A stretch of 63,174 nt of DNA, the filler included, from Octopus bimaculoides (lineage: Eukaryota), in NCBI RefSeq assembly GCF_001194135.2. It is 5 parts of 5 records of this genome, joined end to end, with 100 filler letters (N's around TTAATTAATTAA, not from the genome) between each part and the next. Parts side by side here need not be neighbours in the genome. Positions count along the whole stretch, not along the records: positions 40,608 to 60,270 come from NC_069003.1; 4 more parts are not named here. The stretch is one strand, 5' to 3'. Position numbers and translations under genes: made by a program. The notes below the pieces were generated by a model, which was not told the origin of the DNA, did no database searches, and worked only from the letters and a program-made list of their open reading frames with translations. Positions 40,678 through 53,997 of this stretch are shown piece by piece. The first letter of the stretch is position 1. Every line of letters starts with the position of its first letter.

Positions 40678-41531
40678 CAGGTTGCGGTGAATAAATTGTC
40701 ATCCAAATTACACAAAAATGAAAATAACACTGACATCTCATTCTAACAGGTATATTTACCAAAATTACATAAAGATATCTTGAAATACTAAAGAGTAAAC
40801 TTATTCAATAAAATTACAATTGGCTTCAACCATGGCCTCCAGATGACTTCAGAATTTTCCGCACATCTTCTGGACGGTCTCCTTGTTTAAGTTGGTGAAT
40901 GCTGTCTTAATCCTCGCCTTCAGTTCCTCTTTTGTGTCACAAGGAGTTTTGTTGGTCTTTTTCTCAACTGTGCCCCACACATAATAATCAAGGGGGTTGC
41001 AGTGTGGGCATTTCGTTGGCCAGATGTTAGAAATGGTGTGGTTACAGAAATTGTCTGACAGCCATGACTGGGTTCTCCTGCTTGTGTGGCATGGTGCAGA
41101 GTCCTGTTGCCAGAGATAGGGTCTTCCAGCAGCCACCCTCTTGATCCAGGGCAGCACTACCTCCTCCAGGCACTTGATGTAGGCCTCTATGTTGAGTCTG
41201 AGGATGTGTAGGAAGATGAATGGAGACATAACATTGACATCACTAGTGACCAATCCAAACACCATGATGTTGACTGAATGTTTGATTTTTATTACTCTTG
41301 GTACATTTCCTCAGAATGTACTGTCCTCAGATTGACATCCAAACACTCTGAAATGTTCGAATTGGTGCTTCCAGTGTGAATATCAAGCAGTACAGCATGT
41401 CATTTCCAAATTTTTGGCAGAGTGAATTGTATCATGGTGCTGTTTTTCTCACAGATGGCACCCAAAAACAAGCAATGTGCATGCACGAAATTAAAAGTAT
41501 AAAATGGTAAGAATTTACCCATTGCACCCTG
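40678..41531 (-). mobile_element. Internally deleted maT (DD37D) element, copy 2
   Basis: ORF 40849-41265: WQQD followed by exactly 37 residues, then D (..CNPL-D-YY). TA-flanked ends. Confidence 0.9.
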
Positions 41532-41562
41532 TATATACATATATATGTGTTTATATATATAT

Positions 41563-42635
41563 ATTAGGTCATCCCATAAATAATGTAGTTTTTTTTATAT
41601 TTCTTTTATTTTTCAAAATTAAGATAAAGTTCTTTTTTAATCTAAAATATACCCTCCTTCATTTTCTACAATGCTCTTCCATCTATCTGGTAGACTTGCA
41701 AGGCCCCTCTTCCAAAATTCACTTGTCCGTGATATAAAATACTCCTCCAGTACTATTCTGACCTCAACTACAGAATTCATATTTTTTCCGTCCAAATAAT
41801 TTTGAAGACTGTGAAATAAATGATAATCAGATGAGGTAATGCCCAGCAAATATGGTGGGTGGGGCATCGTTTCCCATTCAAACTGCTCCAGCCTTTGGAA
41901 TGTCAACCTCTCTGTATGTGGCCAAGCATTATCCTGATGGAAGAACACCTTTCGTCTTGAAACCAAAGGTGATCATTTTTCTCCCAGCACATTTTTTAGA
42001 AGCTGCTCAAGCTGCTCACAGTAGATCTCCTTTGTTATCATTTGGTTTGGGTTTAAAAGTTCAAAGTGTACTAAACCTTTCATATCCCACCAAACAGATA
42101 ACAACACTTTATGTGGATGAAGGCCTTCTTTAGCCTGGGGTGCTGGTGTTTCTCCTTTCCCTACCCACTGTCTTTGGCACTTGACATTTTTATAGAGAAC
42201 CCATTTCTTGTCACCAGTCACTATTTGGTCCAAAAAGGTTCATTTGTGAGACATGACAGCAAGAAGAGCACACATTTGCTCTCTGTGCACAATTAGACTC
42301 GGAAAGATTGCGAGGAATCCACTGATCCTATTTGCTGACTTTTTCGATGGCACGCAGGTGTTGATGAATGATTGAATAACCAAATCCAAGCTTCTCTGCT
42401 AGTTCCTCAACAGTTACAATGGTATTTTGTTCCACCAGGGTTTGCAAGAGGCCCTCGTTGAGCTCTACAGATCTTCCAGGATGAGGCTCGTCTTCTAGGC
42501 TGTAGTTTCCAGCTTGGAATTTCTGGAACCACTGTTGACCCTAGCTTATGCTTATTGTTTGATCCCCATATACTGCATTAATATTCCTCACACTTGCCAT
42601 TGCATTGTTGCTTTATTGGAGCCGTTTAGATCACT
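41563..42635 (-). mobile_element. mariner (DD34D) transposon relic, 5' end missing
   Basis: IVTGDKKW, HQD-34aa-D (HPPYLLGITSS-D-YHLF), a WIPRNL (WVPHEL-like) linker and a TA-TTAGGTCATCCCATAA terminus. Confidence 0.92.
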
Positions 42636-42751
42636 TATGAACTAAACCCCCATATTTGAGTGGTTGGCGTTAGGAAGGGCATCCAGCTGTAGAAACTCTG
42701 CCAAATCAGACTGGAGCCTGGTGTTGCCATCCGGTTTCANNNNNNNNNNTA

Positions 42752-43340
42752 CAGGGTGGCCTAGAAGTCATGAAGGGATTTCAATATTTAATAACTTTTT
42801 TTAATAGTTGTATAATTTTTATTTTATATCAGATTTATATAAAGAAGACCCTAAAATTTAAGCATGGAAAAGTACACTACTGACAGCAAACACATATTGT
42901 GAAATTTTATTACCAAAACCAAGGATCAATAATGCAGACTCAACGAGTATATCGTCATCATTATGGAGCAATGAATTGTCCAAATGAATCAATGGTCAGG
43001 TGATTAATTGGTTGTTTTGAGGATCAAGGATCAGTAATTGACCCTCCAAGAATCGGTGTGGGATAACTTCAGAAAAAATGAGGAAGGAGATACTGTTACT
43101 GTCACTGGAGATGAATACTGCTCCATGATCCAGAATTTCTTATGTCCAGGGTTGAAGATATGCCTGGTATGTGGTTCCAGCAGGATGAAGTCACAGCTCA
43201 CAAAGAAAGGAACAAAATGGAAATACTCAGGCAAATCTTTGATGGGAAATTAATTTCTCGATATTCAAAGATAAATTGGCCATTTCGTTCTCCAGATCTA
43301 ACCATTCCAGACTTTTTTCTACGGGGCTATCTTAACAGAT
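42752..43340 (+). mobile_element. rosa-type (DD41D) Tc1/mariner relic
   Basis: TA-CAGGGTGGCC terminus. WFQQD followed by exactly 41 residues, then D (WPFRSPDLTIP-D-FFLRGYL). Confidence 0.85.
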
Positions 43341-44661
43341 AACCAGGGCTCCAAGGTCATAGTCAAGATGGGAGTTATGGAACCATTGTAGATTTCCAAT
43401 ATAGCAGATATATAATTGTTAAAGAGTACAACAAATGTTAACGCAAGACAAACATCTCAAGTCATATACCATATTATTATTGGAAAAATTCAGTTTTACA
43501 GCTGTTTCTGAGATATCCCAAAGTATGGGATATGCCTGATTTCTTTGTGTGTATATATATATATCAACATCATCATCATTTTAGCATCTACTTTTCCATG
43601 TTTGCATAGGGCAGACAGAAGTCATTAAGACAGATTTTCTACAACTAGGTACTCTTCCTGTCACCAACCCACAAGCATAGCTGGTGATNNNNNNNNNNNN
43701 NNNNNNNNNNNNNNNNNCATATTACCTCCAGCCCACCCCGGAAAGCACTTTTGGGTCTGCTGGAGGTAATATGTGTTTTTGTGGTGTTCAGGGGTGGCAA
43801 ACAGAAGGGCCATCACGGGCGGCACACACTCTGGCTACACTAGTGCACCGACCTTCGCCTGTTTCCAAGTAAGACTTACAGAAGACTGTAAAGTGGCCAT
43901 TGGCCAAGTCCATTTGTTTTATTGTTGTTGTTAGAAGAGTTGTACTTGGAAAGAATGTGATTTACTGTCACACATCTTAATAAATTGGTGTATATCTCTA
44001 GAGAAAGACAGCAACAGTCTAGTTGTTGTTTTATTTCCATGCCAACCCTGATTTGGTTGCCATGTCTAGCAGGTCAAGCAACCATGTTAAGATACCCTCC
44101 TTGCATCATCAGTATTTTTGCTTCATTATGGGTGTGTGGTACTGTTGAATAAGACATTCCGGCTAAGTACCGTATTGCATATTATTTCATGGTCTCTGTG
44201 GTGAGGAAAACAAAAAGCAAAAAAAAAACCCACTTGAATTTAGAGAAAATGTATTAGTTTAAGTGAAGGCCTATCAATGGGATAAAATTTCAGAAAAATA
44301 AAACTTAAAAACAAAATTAGTTTCCAAATTTTATGAAACAAAAACTACAACAGGAAGAGTGGTAGGTTTGCAGAATTATGTTGAGCAGTGCCATACTCTA
44401 TAAAAATTTTAAAAAAATAAAACAGATCAGGTTATATATTTGCAAAATTATGTAGAACAGTACCGAATTCTATAAGAAAACAAAAACTAAAAAGCAAACA
44501 TAACAGATTGGGTGACAAATTCATAGAATTTTGTAGAGCAAAATTCTACAACTGGAAGGGCTGAGAGTTATGTAGAGTGATGGCATACCTCTATATCTAT
44601 ATCTTTATATCTATTTATATCTCTGTATCTATCTATATTTCTGTGTCTATCTACATCTCTA

Positions 44662-44767
<106 letters not shown>

Positions 44768-44779
44768 ACATATAAGACA

Positions 44780-44945
44780 CAGCCATGGCTGTGTGGATTA
44801 GAAGTATGCTTTGCAGCCATATGGTTTTGAGTTCAGTCCCACTCTACAGCAACCTGGCCAAGTATCTTCTACTATAGCTCCAGGCCAACCAATGCCTTGT
44901 GAGTAAATGGAAACTGTGTGAGGTTTTCACACAGTTTCCATTTAC
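44780..44945 (+). mobile_element. tRNA-head SINE, 5' half
   Basis: CATGGCTGTGTGG...GAGTTCAGTCCCACT...GGCCAACCAATGCCTTGTGAGT. Confidence 0.75.
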
Positions 44946-45386
44946 CAAATTGTATTTATGAGTACACACACACACGCACACATACATACATATATACATA
45001 GTGGCTGAAGATAGTGCTTGACAATATGTGTATCTCTGGTCACAAGCAGAAGTAGTGGGGAAGTATTATAGTCATGTGTTGAGAGGAATTCTTTGGTGTT
45101 TGGATAATTCACCTTTGGAAACATGGGTGTTTTTTCAACATCCTTAAACAACCCTTATTCAGGGACCTTTTGAACAGGTTTGGCTACTTGACCTGAAGAA
45201 AATTCTAACTGGGCCCCACCTGCAAGGTCATGCACTGTTTTCTTGATATGAAATATGTTGCACACATATGGTTGTGATGCATGTGCCTGGTGTACCTTTA
45301 TCAGATGGGTTGTCATGATGGGTATATTGAGCTTCGTATATTTTACCCCAGTGTCACTTTGATGGCATGCACTGCTCTCTCACTCA

Positions 45387-45419
<33 letters not shown>

Positions 45420-45464
45420 TACATAGCTAGCTAGCTAGATAGATAGATAGATGAAGAAATGGAG

Positions 45465-45965
45465 TTAAATGCAGGTGCTATTTAAAAATCCTTATACTTC
45501 CGACATATGTTTCGAAGAAAACATTGCTATTCTTCCTGAGGGAATAAAACAGTGTAAAACAATGTAAGCATCTAGTCAGGGAAAAAGGAGAAACAAAACA
45601 CATCAATAACCCATGTTAACTGAATGCAATTACTGTGTATACGATGAAGAGAAGCTGGCAAGTTATTTTTTTAAAAACTGTTAATAGATTTAATGTCAAA
45701 GGCAATTTAGAGAAAGGGAAGGAGGAGAAAGAAAGAAAGAAATTAACCGAAAATTAAGAGTGGAGAAATATAGTGCGATAGATGAGTGGAAATAAAGTTT
45801 AAAGGCATGTAAATAGATATATGTAGTGGAAATGAAATGTAAGAAGACAGTTAAAAGTCAAATTTTATAGATTGATAGAAATTACTTCTGGGAACTAAAG
45901 GTATGTTTTTGCCAATGTCTGCAACAATAAACACATTCTTTAAACATGTTTACAAGAGAATTCTC
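45465..45965 (-). mobile_element. 3' fragment of the same PLE family as 60400-62975
   Basis: Minus translation LVNMFKECVYCCRHWQKHTFSSQK* aligns with LVNTFIERVYRCKYWQKYTFSSYK*, and the 3' UTRs align through to the terminus. Confidence 0.88.
45497..45584 (-). ncRNA. Degenerate type-I hammerhead ribozyme (G8 to U)
   Basis: UUUCC-CUGACUA-G..CAUUG...CAAUG..C-GAAA-CAUAUG-UC-GGAAG. Confidence 0.6.
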
Positions 45966-47315
45966 CAGGAACAGAGCAAACAAAAAGATTTATCTTTATC
46001 ATATGGAAAGGATCTAGATAGAATATTCCATAGAACTATGTCAGTACAACTGGGTCAATGTTTACACCTCAAAATACAAGTGAAAAATTTAGCAGGTTTT
46101 GTATGATTTTTAGATAGTTTAAGGCATATGGCCAAGTGGTTAGCTCACAATTGTAAAGTTATGGTTTCAACTCCTGGACTGAGTTTTGCACATTTCCTTG
46201 AGCTATGTACTTCAGTTACATTGCTCTAGGCCACTCAGCTATAAATGAGTACCAGCCAGGAGTCGGTCACCCTTTTTCTCCCTCTCTTCAGCTGATGTGA
46301 GGCCAGGTCAAAAGTGAGATGGGTGTCGACTTATAACTTCACAGGCACCTAAAACAGTAAACACATGGTACATGCTACAAAACCCTACTTTGTCACAAGT
46401 GATGGTTGACTGTATTGTACTTTTAATGGTTCTTCCCCCACGTAATTTCAAGTTTCAACACACAGTCTTAGATCAGGTCACTTGCTTGCTGGACAAATAC
46501 AACTCTGGAACATTCAATAATGTAGCCCTCAATATAGAAAACATTGGAATGGTAACAAATGGGAAGTCTTTTGTCTACTCCATCAGGGCTGACACAGGGC
46601 TAAACAACATCACCAACAACAAATAGTAAGGCCTCCTCTATGTGGTTTCTTGACTTCCTAGAAATGGCAACCAAATCTTAATTCCATCTCTTATATCTTC
46701 TATAAATGAAGAACATATCAGATAATGTAGTGTGTTTGTCATAATGGGTGGTCGTGGAGAAATTGTCTTTCATCATGCATCTGAACTGGAACTAAATTAT
46801 ACCAACAACCTTAACCCATAAGAAAGAAACACCCTTCACCCCAATATCATGAAGGTGTTACCTTTAAATATAAAAAGGACATATTTAAGGATGGCAAAGC
46901 TGTTAGAGTATTGGATAGAACATCTCATAGTAATTCTAAAATCTGAGTTCAAATCTTGCTGAGGTCAACTTCATCTTTTAGTAGTTGATAAAAAAAATTA
47001 CACCAGTGGAATGGACTGATAAAACTGTTAGAGCATCAGGCAGGATGCGTTGAAGTATTCCAAGTTCAATTCATGCCCTCAGCATCAAAATAGAGTGATA
47101 CTTTTGTCAGGAGCAGTGACTGACAAATAGTATCTACAATTTTAAAGAAAACCAATGAAAGTATAGTTTACTTAACTTGATTGGAAAATCAATAGCCACC
47201 ACTACATTATTGATGAAACTATATACAACATCATTTATAGGAAGAACTCTCTCAAGAAGGAGCCTCCAAACCAATGTGGGAACCGACAAACAGTCATTTA
47301 AATTGCTAGAAACAA

Positions 47316-47462
47316 CAGCCTTCTTGGAAAGTGTATTTTGGGAACTGACCTTGCTAAAAAGGGTTTATGGCTACCTTTCTTGAAAAGGGTGTCAAAGACA
47401 TTGCCCTTTCTGAAAAGGTTGTTATGGACACTGATCTTCCTTCTCTAATGAAGTTATTAAAA
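47316..47462 (-). repeat. Degenerate 27/30-nt modular repeat, short copy
   Basis: Its reverse complement aligns with 49405-49520. Confidence 0.7.
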
Positions 47463-47760
47463 ATATCACATAACATAGCCTGGGATGGTTGTAGCAGGAC
47501 TGTTGCTCTTCTAAAATTCTGACCTTGAATTAGTTATCAAGAGTGGTGAAGAACAGGATTTCATGTGATAGATGAAATCTCTTGCAGTATTTTGTTACAC
47601 TATATTTTGAGTTCAAATCTCACTAAAGTTAACTTTACCTGTCAACCACCCACAGTCAATAAAATAAATACTAGCTGTTTTGCTGCCTGGTCAAAAGCAT
47701 TCCATCCATAACTGTCCCATTTTTCCTTAGTGTTATCTAGAACCATATTATCTTACATAT

Positions 47761-48006
47761 ATTTGTAGTAGACTAATGAGGATAGCTGAATTACATCCTT
47801 TTGCTGGTACATCCATGCATTCCTGCTTTCCTTGACCTGTATTTTTGGCTGCCAGTTTTAACTTTCTGCAACTCAGAGACCACTCTCTCTGATCAACAAG
47901 TTGGGACAGATATTTTTCTTCCCAATGATGACAGAAACTAAATATTAATGTTGTTTCCATTTCCTCCTCCCTTTGTGCCATTGCCTTACTCTGCTCTACT
48001 ACAAAT
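47761..48006 (+). mobile_element. MITE-like element with 12-bp inverted termini (ATTTGTAGTAGA / TCTACTACAAAT)
   Basis: Inverted termini are visible. The same left-end sequence recurs at 48044-48096 and, inverted, at 53902-54005. Confidence 0.45.
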
Positions 48007-49404
48007 TCTGAAAGTTACTGCCAATGGTCTCAGAGATGGATGATGTAGTAGACTAGTGAATTACGTCCCTTTGCTGGTAAACGCCACCAGGTAGTGTCGC
48101 AGCTGACACCTATATATTCTGGTTCTTGTGAGCTTTCTCTCTCTCTTGCTGCTTGGACACCAAAAAGCACAGACCTCTCTTTCGGTTTGCCTACGCCAGG
48201 ACAGCATGCAAGAGCTTCACTGAAATGTTCTGACTACTGTTATTTTTCTCTGACCACACATGTTCAACAAAGTATACTCATTATTTACAAAGTGTTTTGC
48301 TTAGGTTGTGTTAACTCCAGTAATCTCTATGACCTCTCCATGTGAGTACTGTATATATTTGACTGAGACATGGCAGCTCATTGCTTTCACTCACAATAAA
48401 AATGTGTTAATGTTAAATGATGTCTCATTTCCTTATTGCATCCTTCACATAAAAATTAGTGGTAGCATCTTATTTACACTCAACCACTAAATATCCTTTC
48501 CTGTTAACATTTTTTTACTAAGATGGATGAGGGTGATTTAAAAAAGATTTAGCTGTTATTTCTAGTGGGTCAAAAACCACATAAAGAGATAGACCTCCCT
48601 CATTAGGTACAAGTTAAATGCTAGAGTCAATTCAATTGACTTCCTCCATCTCACCGCAATGTGCAGCCTTGTGCATATATTATATAAATCGTTAATATGT
48701 TTACAGGATGTCATTTTGTTATTTAAACTCTGAAAAAAAAAAAAAAAAAGAATAAACCTCATCCACCCAGTTCCTTTTCATACAGTTCAAACTATGTGAC
48801 TCCTCTGCTATGTCACAGAAAAGTTTAGTTAACAGTGCTGCTCTGCATCTACAGCTGAATTAATGAGGTTTTATATATGAGGTTAATGTATAAACTTTGT
48901 CAGACAGCTTCTACAGGAATGAAAAGGCCGTGACTTTTACCGAATGGATTATTAATATCTCTTTGATAACTTTGTTATCAAAGAGATAACTGATCATTTC
49001 TATTTTGTTTTTTGTTTTTTTTGTTTGTTTTTTTTTGCTTTTTATCATAAGGTCTGAGGGTGGGGATCCTCCAGTTTTTTTTTGCAACATTAATTAGGTG
49101 ATGGATAAATCAATTCCTGAATAAACCATGGGTCAACTTAGCAGCATTATAAGCCCCTAGGCAAATCAATGCACTGGATCTTATAGTACATAGTTATTTA
49201 GGATCAGCAAGCCACAATATACATAGATCAGAATTGGAGCCTCAGGCCTGTGAGGCCTCTGCTCAACTCCCCAGTGTGCCCATGCTTTAAGACAATACTG
49301 CATGGATCCACTGCAGGGTCTTTGTCCTGGGGAAAGTATTGAACTCAGAACTGTGAAACACTAGTTAATTTCACTGTACTGTTGCTTATTGCATCATTTA
49401 CTTT

Positions 49405-49745
49405 TCTTAATAAGTTCAGAGAAGAAAAACCAGTGTCATTAACAGTTATTTCAAGAAGGGTAACCATAAGCCCCTTTCGTAAAGACCAGTGCCCAAAATA
49501 CATTTTTCAGGAGGGGGTAGTGCTTATAACACTCTTTTCAAGAAGGGTTATCATATATCCCTTTTCACAAAGGTCAGTGCCTATAACACTTTTTTCAGAA
49601 AGGGCAGTCATAAAATCCTTTTCCCGAATGTCAGAGCCCACACACCTTTATCAAGAAGAATAGTGCCCACAAAACCCTTTCCAGAAGAGGTAGTGCCCAT
49701 GAAACATTTTTAGGAAGGACCATACTCATGAAACTCTCTTCAGAG
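49405..49745 (+). repeat. Degenerate 27/30-nt modular tandem repeat, about 11 units
   Basis: Units such as CAGTGCCTATAACACTTTTTTCAGAAAGGG alternate with CAGTCATAAAATCCTTTTCCCGAATGT. Confidence 0.8.
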
Positions 49746-50227
49746 CTCATGTGACTGAGAAAGAAGGTCATCTTCAAATAGAAATTTGAGCCAAATGCTT
49801 ATAACAGTGTGGACTTCACTGGAAATACTCATGGACTAGGTGGTAATGTTTTTAATCTGAGAAAAGGATTAAGTTGACCATTTCAAATTTCCTCTGGTTG
49901 GATCGAGCCATTTTTTTTTTTGCCAGATATAGTGTATCTAGGACTATATTGCCATCTAAATTTCAGTTTCATATTTGTATGTTTGGTCTTACCACATATC
50001 TCCCAGTTTTAAGTGTCACAAGAGGCTTGCATGCATTATGTATGTGTGCATGCTTGTGTGTGTGTGTGTGCGTGAACATGCATCATCATCACTACAACCA
50101 CCATCTTCATCATCATTATCACTATCAACACCACCATTATCATCACTACCACCAACAGTATCATTATCATCATAGTTATGTTCACTTTTCCATGTTGGCA
50201 TGGATTCAGTTAAACAATTCATTACTA

Positions 50228-50393
50228 CACTCTCGGAGTGGTTGGAGTTAGGAACGGTATCCAGCTGTAGAAACTCTGTCAAATCAGATTGGAGCCTGGT
50301 GTCGCTTCCTGGTCCACCAGTCCTCAGTCAAATCGTCCAACCCATGCTGGCATGGAAAGTGGACGTTAAACGACGATGATGATGATGATGATT
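50228..50393 (+). mobile_element. (GAT)n-tailed non-LTR/SINE 3' fragment (reference for the ZNF-D insert)
   Basis: ...CAAATCGTCCAACCCATGCTGGCATGGAAAGTGGACGTTAAACGACGATGATGATG. Confidence 0.85.
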
Positions 50394-53300
50394 ACGTTTC
50401 AAGTTTGATCATATTTGAAGTTACTGCCCTTTTTTAGATGGACCAGCAACTACATCTTGCTTGTGAGTTACATGTCTGGTATGGTTTCTAAGGCTGGTTG
50501 CCCTTCTAATTGCCAGCCACTTTATAGAGTGAATGGCAGGTTTGGAGAGGCATTTCATCATGGCCCCATTACTATCTATGCCTGTTGTTATTAACATCAA
50601 GTCAACCCTGATTAAGCAAACCTAGGATCAAAGGTACTCTATCTATGACTATCCTTTTTTCTTTTCTTTTAGATACATAATGCATCTAAAATGAAATCTA
50701 ATGTGGCATTTAAAAATAAAAATGGTAGAGTAATTTAAGGGAGATTTAGCTGTTCTTTCTAGCAAACTGTAGAACCGTATAGGTGCTCACTCGTTGCTCA
50801 ACATTTTTTGGAGTAACAGGTTATGGTACTTGGTGTGATCCTTGGCCTTGCCAACTCCTGTCAAGTCATCCAGCCTATGCCAGCATGGAAAACACCTTAA
50901 ATGATAATGATGTTAGTTCTAACCAAAGCAGATTTATGATCAAAAGCACATTTCAGCTATGTCTGCCTCAGCCATCTTGCAGGCATTTTATATCTGGGAC
51001 ATCATCTAATGTTCTCCTCTTTTCTCAAGACTAGTTGTTATTCAAGGGAGATTTGTCCGATACTTGACCTCATAGAGGTGTCAGGCCTGTTGTAAAGGGC
51101 CTCCATCAACCAACAATTTTGGTGAGAGGTGGGAAGTCAGTTACATTGACCCCAGTGCTCAATTGGAATTTATCTCATCAACCCCGAAAGGATAAAAATA
51201 ATAATCCTTTCTTCTGTAGGAATAAGGCCTGAAATTTTAAGTGAGAGGACTAGTTGGATACATTGGCCCCAGTGTTCAACTGGTACTTATCTTATCAATC
51301 CTGAAAGGATAAAAAGTAAGGTTGACTTTGGTGGAATTTGAGCTCAAAATGCAGAGAGCCTGAAGAAATGCTGCTAAGTATTTTTTTTTTTTTTTTTTTT
51401 GCATGCTGACAATTCTGCCAGCTCACCTTCACATTATCCAATGCTGACAATGCTTCTACAAGTACATATTTAACCCTGGGAAAAAATTTTTGAGGCTAGC
51501 AGTTGTCCAAGCAAGCAAGTCTCTTTTTTGTGCCATTAATGGTTTCCAAAGGAAAAGCTGTTGACTTGGGTTGTTAGGTTTGACAGTCCTGGACTTGTGT
51601 TTTATTTATCAGCCCTGAAAGGATGAAAGGCAATGCTGGCTTCAGCCGAATTTGAACTCTGACCACAGAATACCAGAACAAAATCCTTTATCTACAAGAC
51701 ATCAAAAACAATGGAATTCTCCAGATAATGAATTTTTAGCTAAGCTCAAGGCAAGAATACTGAAGTTAGTTTTGCCTTTCATCCTTTCTGAGTCAGTTAG
51801 ATACCAGTCAACAAGTGAGGGTTAATATAATTCATTGCACCCCCCCCCCCCCCCCACACACACACACAATTTCTGTCTGTATGTCTATTCAAGAACTCAC
51901 CTTATTGTGGTCCATGTCATCAAGAAAGCACAGCAACAGAGAAAACTGGCCAGGTTTGTTATTGTGTATGACTAGGTGCATTTTATCATGCCATAGGTTC
52001 TATGACTGTTTGACCTTCATATCAGCAACCACTTTACAATGTCTTAGATGCATTCTATGAGAGGTTGTTCCATGTGGGAACACTAATGAATTCTCTCTTC
52101 CCTGTACCAGTTCTGATTCAGAGCTTTCTTAAATAACTTGCATGTAATGCAGCTTGTGTTGTCAATATATCATATATACATAAGCTCAATCAAGTGTCTT
52201 TCGCTATAGTTACGAGATGATCTAAACCCTGAAAGTGGATTTCATAGTTGGAAACTAAAAGAAACCCATCATGTGTGTGTGTGTGTTTCCATTTTTTAAC
52301 ATTGCAAGCTGATTGCAAATAAACTTCACCTTCATACAAGTAGTGTTTCTTTGCAATCTTCTGGGAAAACATGTTGGGTTATTGTGTTGTTCATATTTGA
52401 AGGACCAAAGGGAAAAACTGACCTTACTTAGAAACAGCTGAGGTCTGGTGGCAGAAAGAAAATGTGACTGTAGAAAATCTATCTCAAAGAATTATACCTG
52501 ATCTTTGAAAGCATGACTGATGGTGACGAAGAGGAGAAGGATGCATAGGCAGTATACTTAGACAATGAGGTGGCAAAGAAAGAAAATTTGTCCACATGAC
52601 ACCAAAGCGCAGTTAGGTGTAGATCCTGACTAGTTCTGCAAAGCTGAGGGGATGCCATGATGAAGTACTTTGGTATTTTCTTGTAGTGATCAGCTAAAGT
52701 TTGACTGTGAACAGGTTTCTCAACACTGAGTTAGGTGGAGGGGTAACAACCATCTCTAATTTTTAACGGTCGTAAAGCCAAAAGTGGACATAGCCAAACA
52801 GACTAAGAAGGCGCAATAAGGGATGGCCACTGATTCCATTGTAATTTTATCGTCTAATCTTGCATGTTATGTATCATATGTGCAACAGAAGATGGTCCTG
52901 TTATCTCAGTCTATAGGTCACTCTTTGGTAAATTTGGTGCAATCTTAAACAAATCCACACTATTGGCATTTCTTTATGCTGATCTTTAAAAAAAAGGGCT
53001 AACAGTGATGAAATAAGGAGGACAGGAGCAAGCTTTAGTAAATTTGGAAGTTTCTGATTGGGACCATCACACTGATGGCAGATATGTGGTGGTTGTCTTC
53101 CTAAGGCCTCCATGTCCACCAATGAATCCAGTCCCGCATTTCTGGACCGACAAAATTTATTTAGTGTTAGGGTCGTTGCTGCTCATACCAAAGAGTGAAA
53201 GCTCTAGAAAATGTGGGCTAACCATCTCATTTGAAGAAAATCCATTTCCAGTGGCTCAAGCGAAAATGTCAAATACAAATGAGTTTTTTTACATTTAGAA

Positions 53301-53901
53301 AATAAATGCAGAAGCAACAAGAAATATATTTAGTGTGTCGGGTGTGTATAAAAAGATGAAACCTGTTTACCATAGCAAATAAAATTTATTTAGCATAGAT
53401 GGTACAAACACAGCTTTTACATGATGTAAGAAATCAGATATCCACATGCCTTGGATCCTCTTGAATTACAAGTAAGACCTAATTAGCCGTGAGACAAAAT
53501 TGTGACAGTAACAGAAATTTGTGTAGTGTCGTGTGAGGTTTAGTCAGAAAATATATTCAGTTCACGGCTTGGACTTGCTGTGACAAATTATAGCAGGTGC
53601 CAGAGAAATCGGTAACACAACAGTTAATCTCCTTGTAGACTGTAGGAATAGAATTAGTTGCTGAACAAGTCGCTATAATAAAGTAGGAGAATGACAGTGG
53701 TCTGAAATCTATTAAGCAGACGTCATTGTAGCAACGATGATAAGAAGTCGGCTTAGGCAAACGTCGTTAGAACGACGGTAACCGCATGTGGTCTGTGGCC
53801 TTTAGCAGAAGAGAGATTTGTGCTCCTTGGTGTCCAAAATGACAAGAGAGAAAGCGAACACTCAAAAACCTCGGAATATATAGGCGCCAACTGCCACGCC
53901 A

Positions 53902-53997
53902 CCTGTTGGCGTTTTCCAGCAATGGGACATAATTCAGCTATCTTCGCTACCTGGTGGCGTTTGCTAGCAAAGGGACGTGATTCAGCTATCTTCGCTA
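53902..53997. repeat. Tandem 2 x 48-bp unit
   Basis: CCTGTTGGCGTTTTCCAGCAATGGGACATAATTCAGCTATCTTCGCTA followed by CCTGGTGGCGTTTGCTAGCAAAGGGACGTGATTCAGCTATCTTCGCTA. Confidence 0.9.

Noticed and set aside
52380-52860. Possible LINE thumb relic on the minus strand
   Set aside because: Similarity too weak to support by eye.
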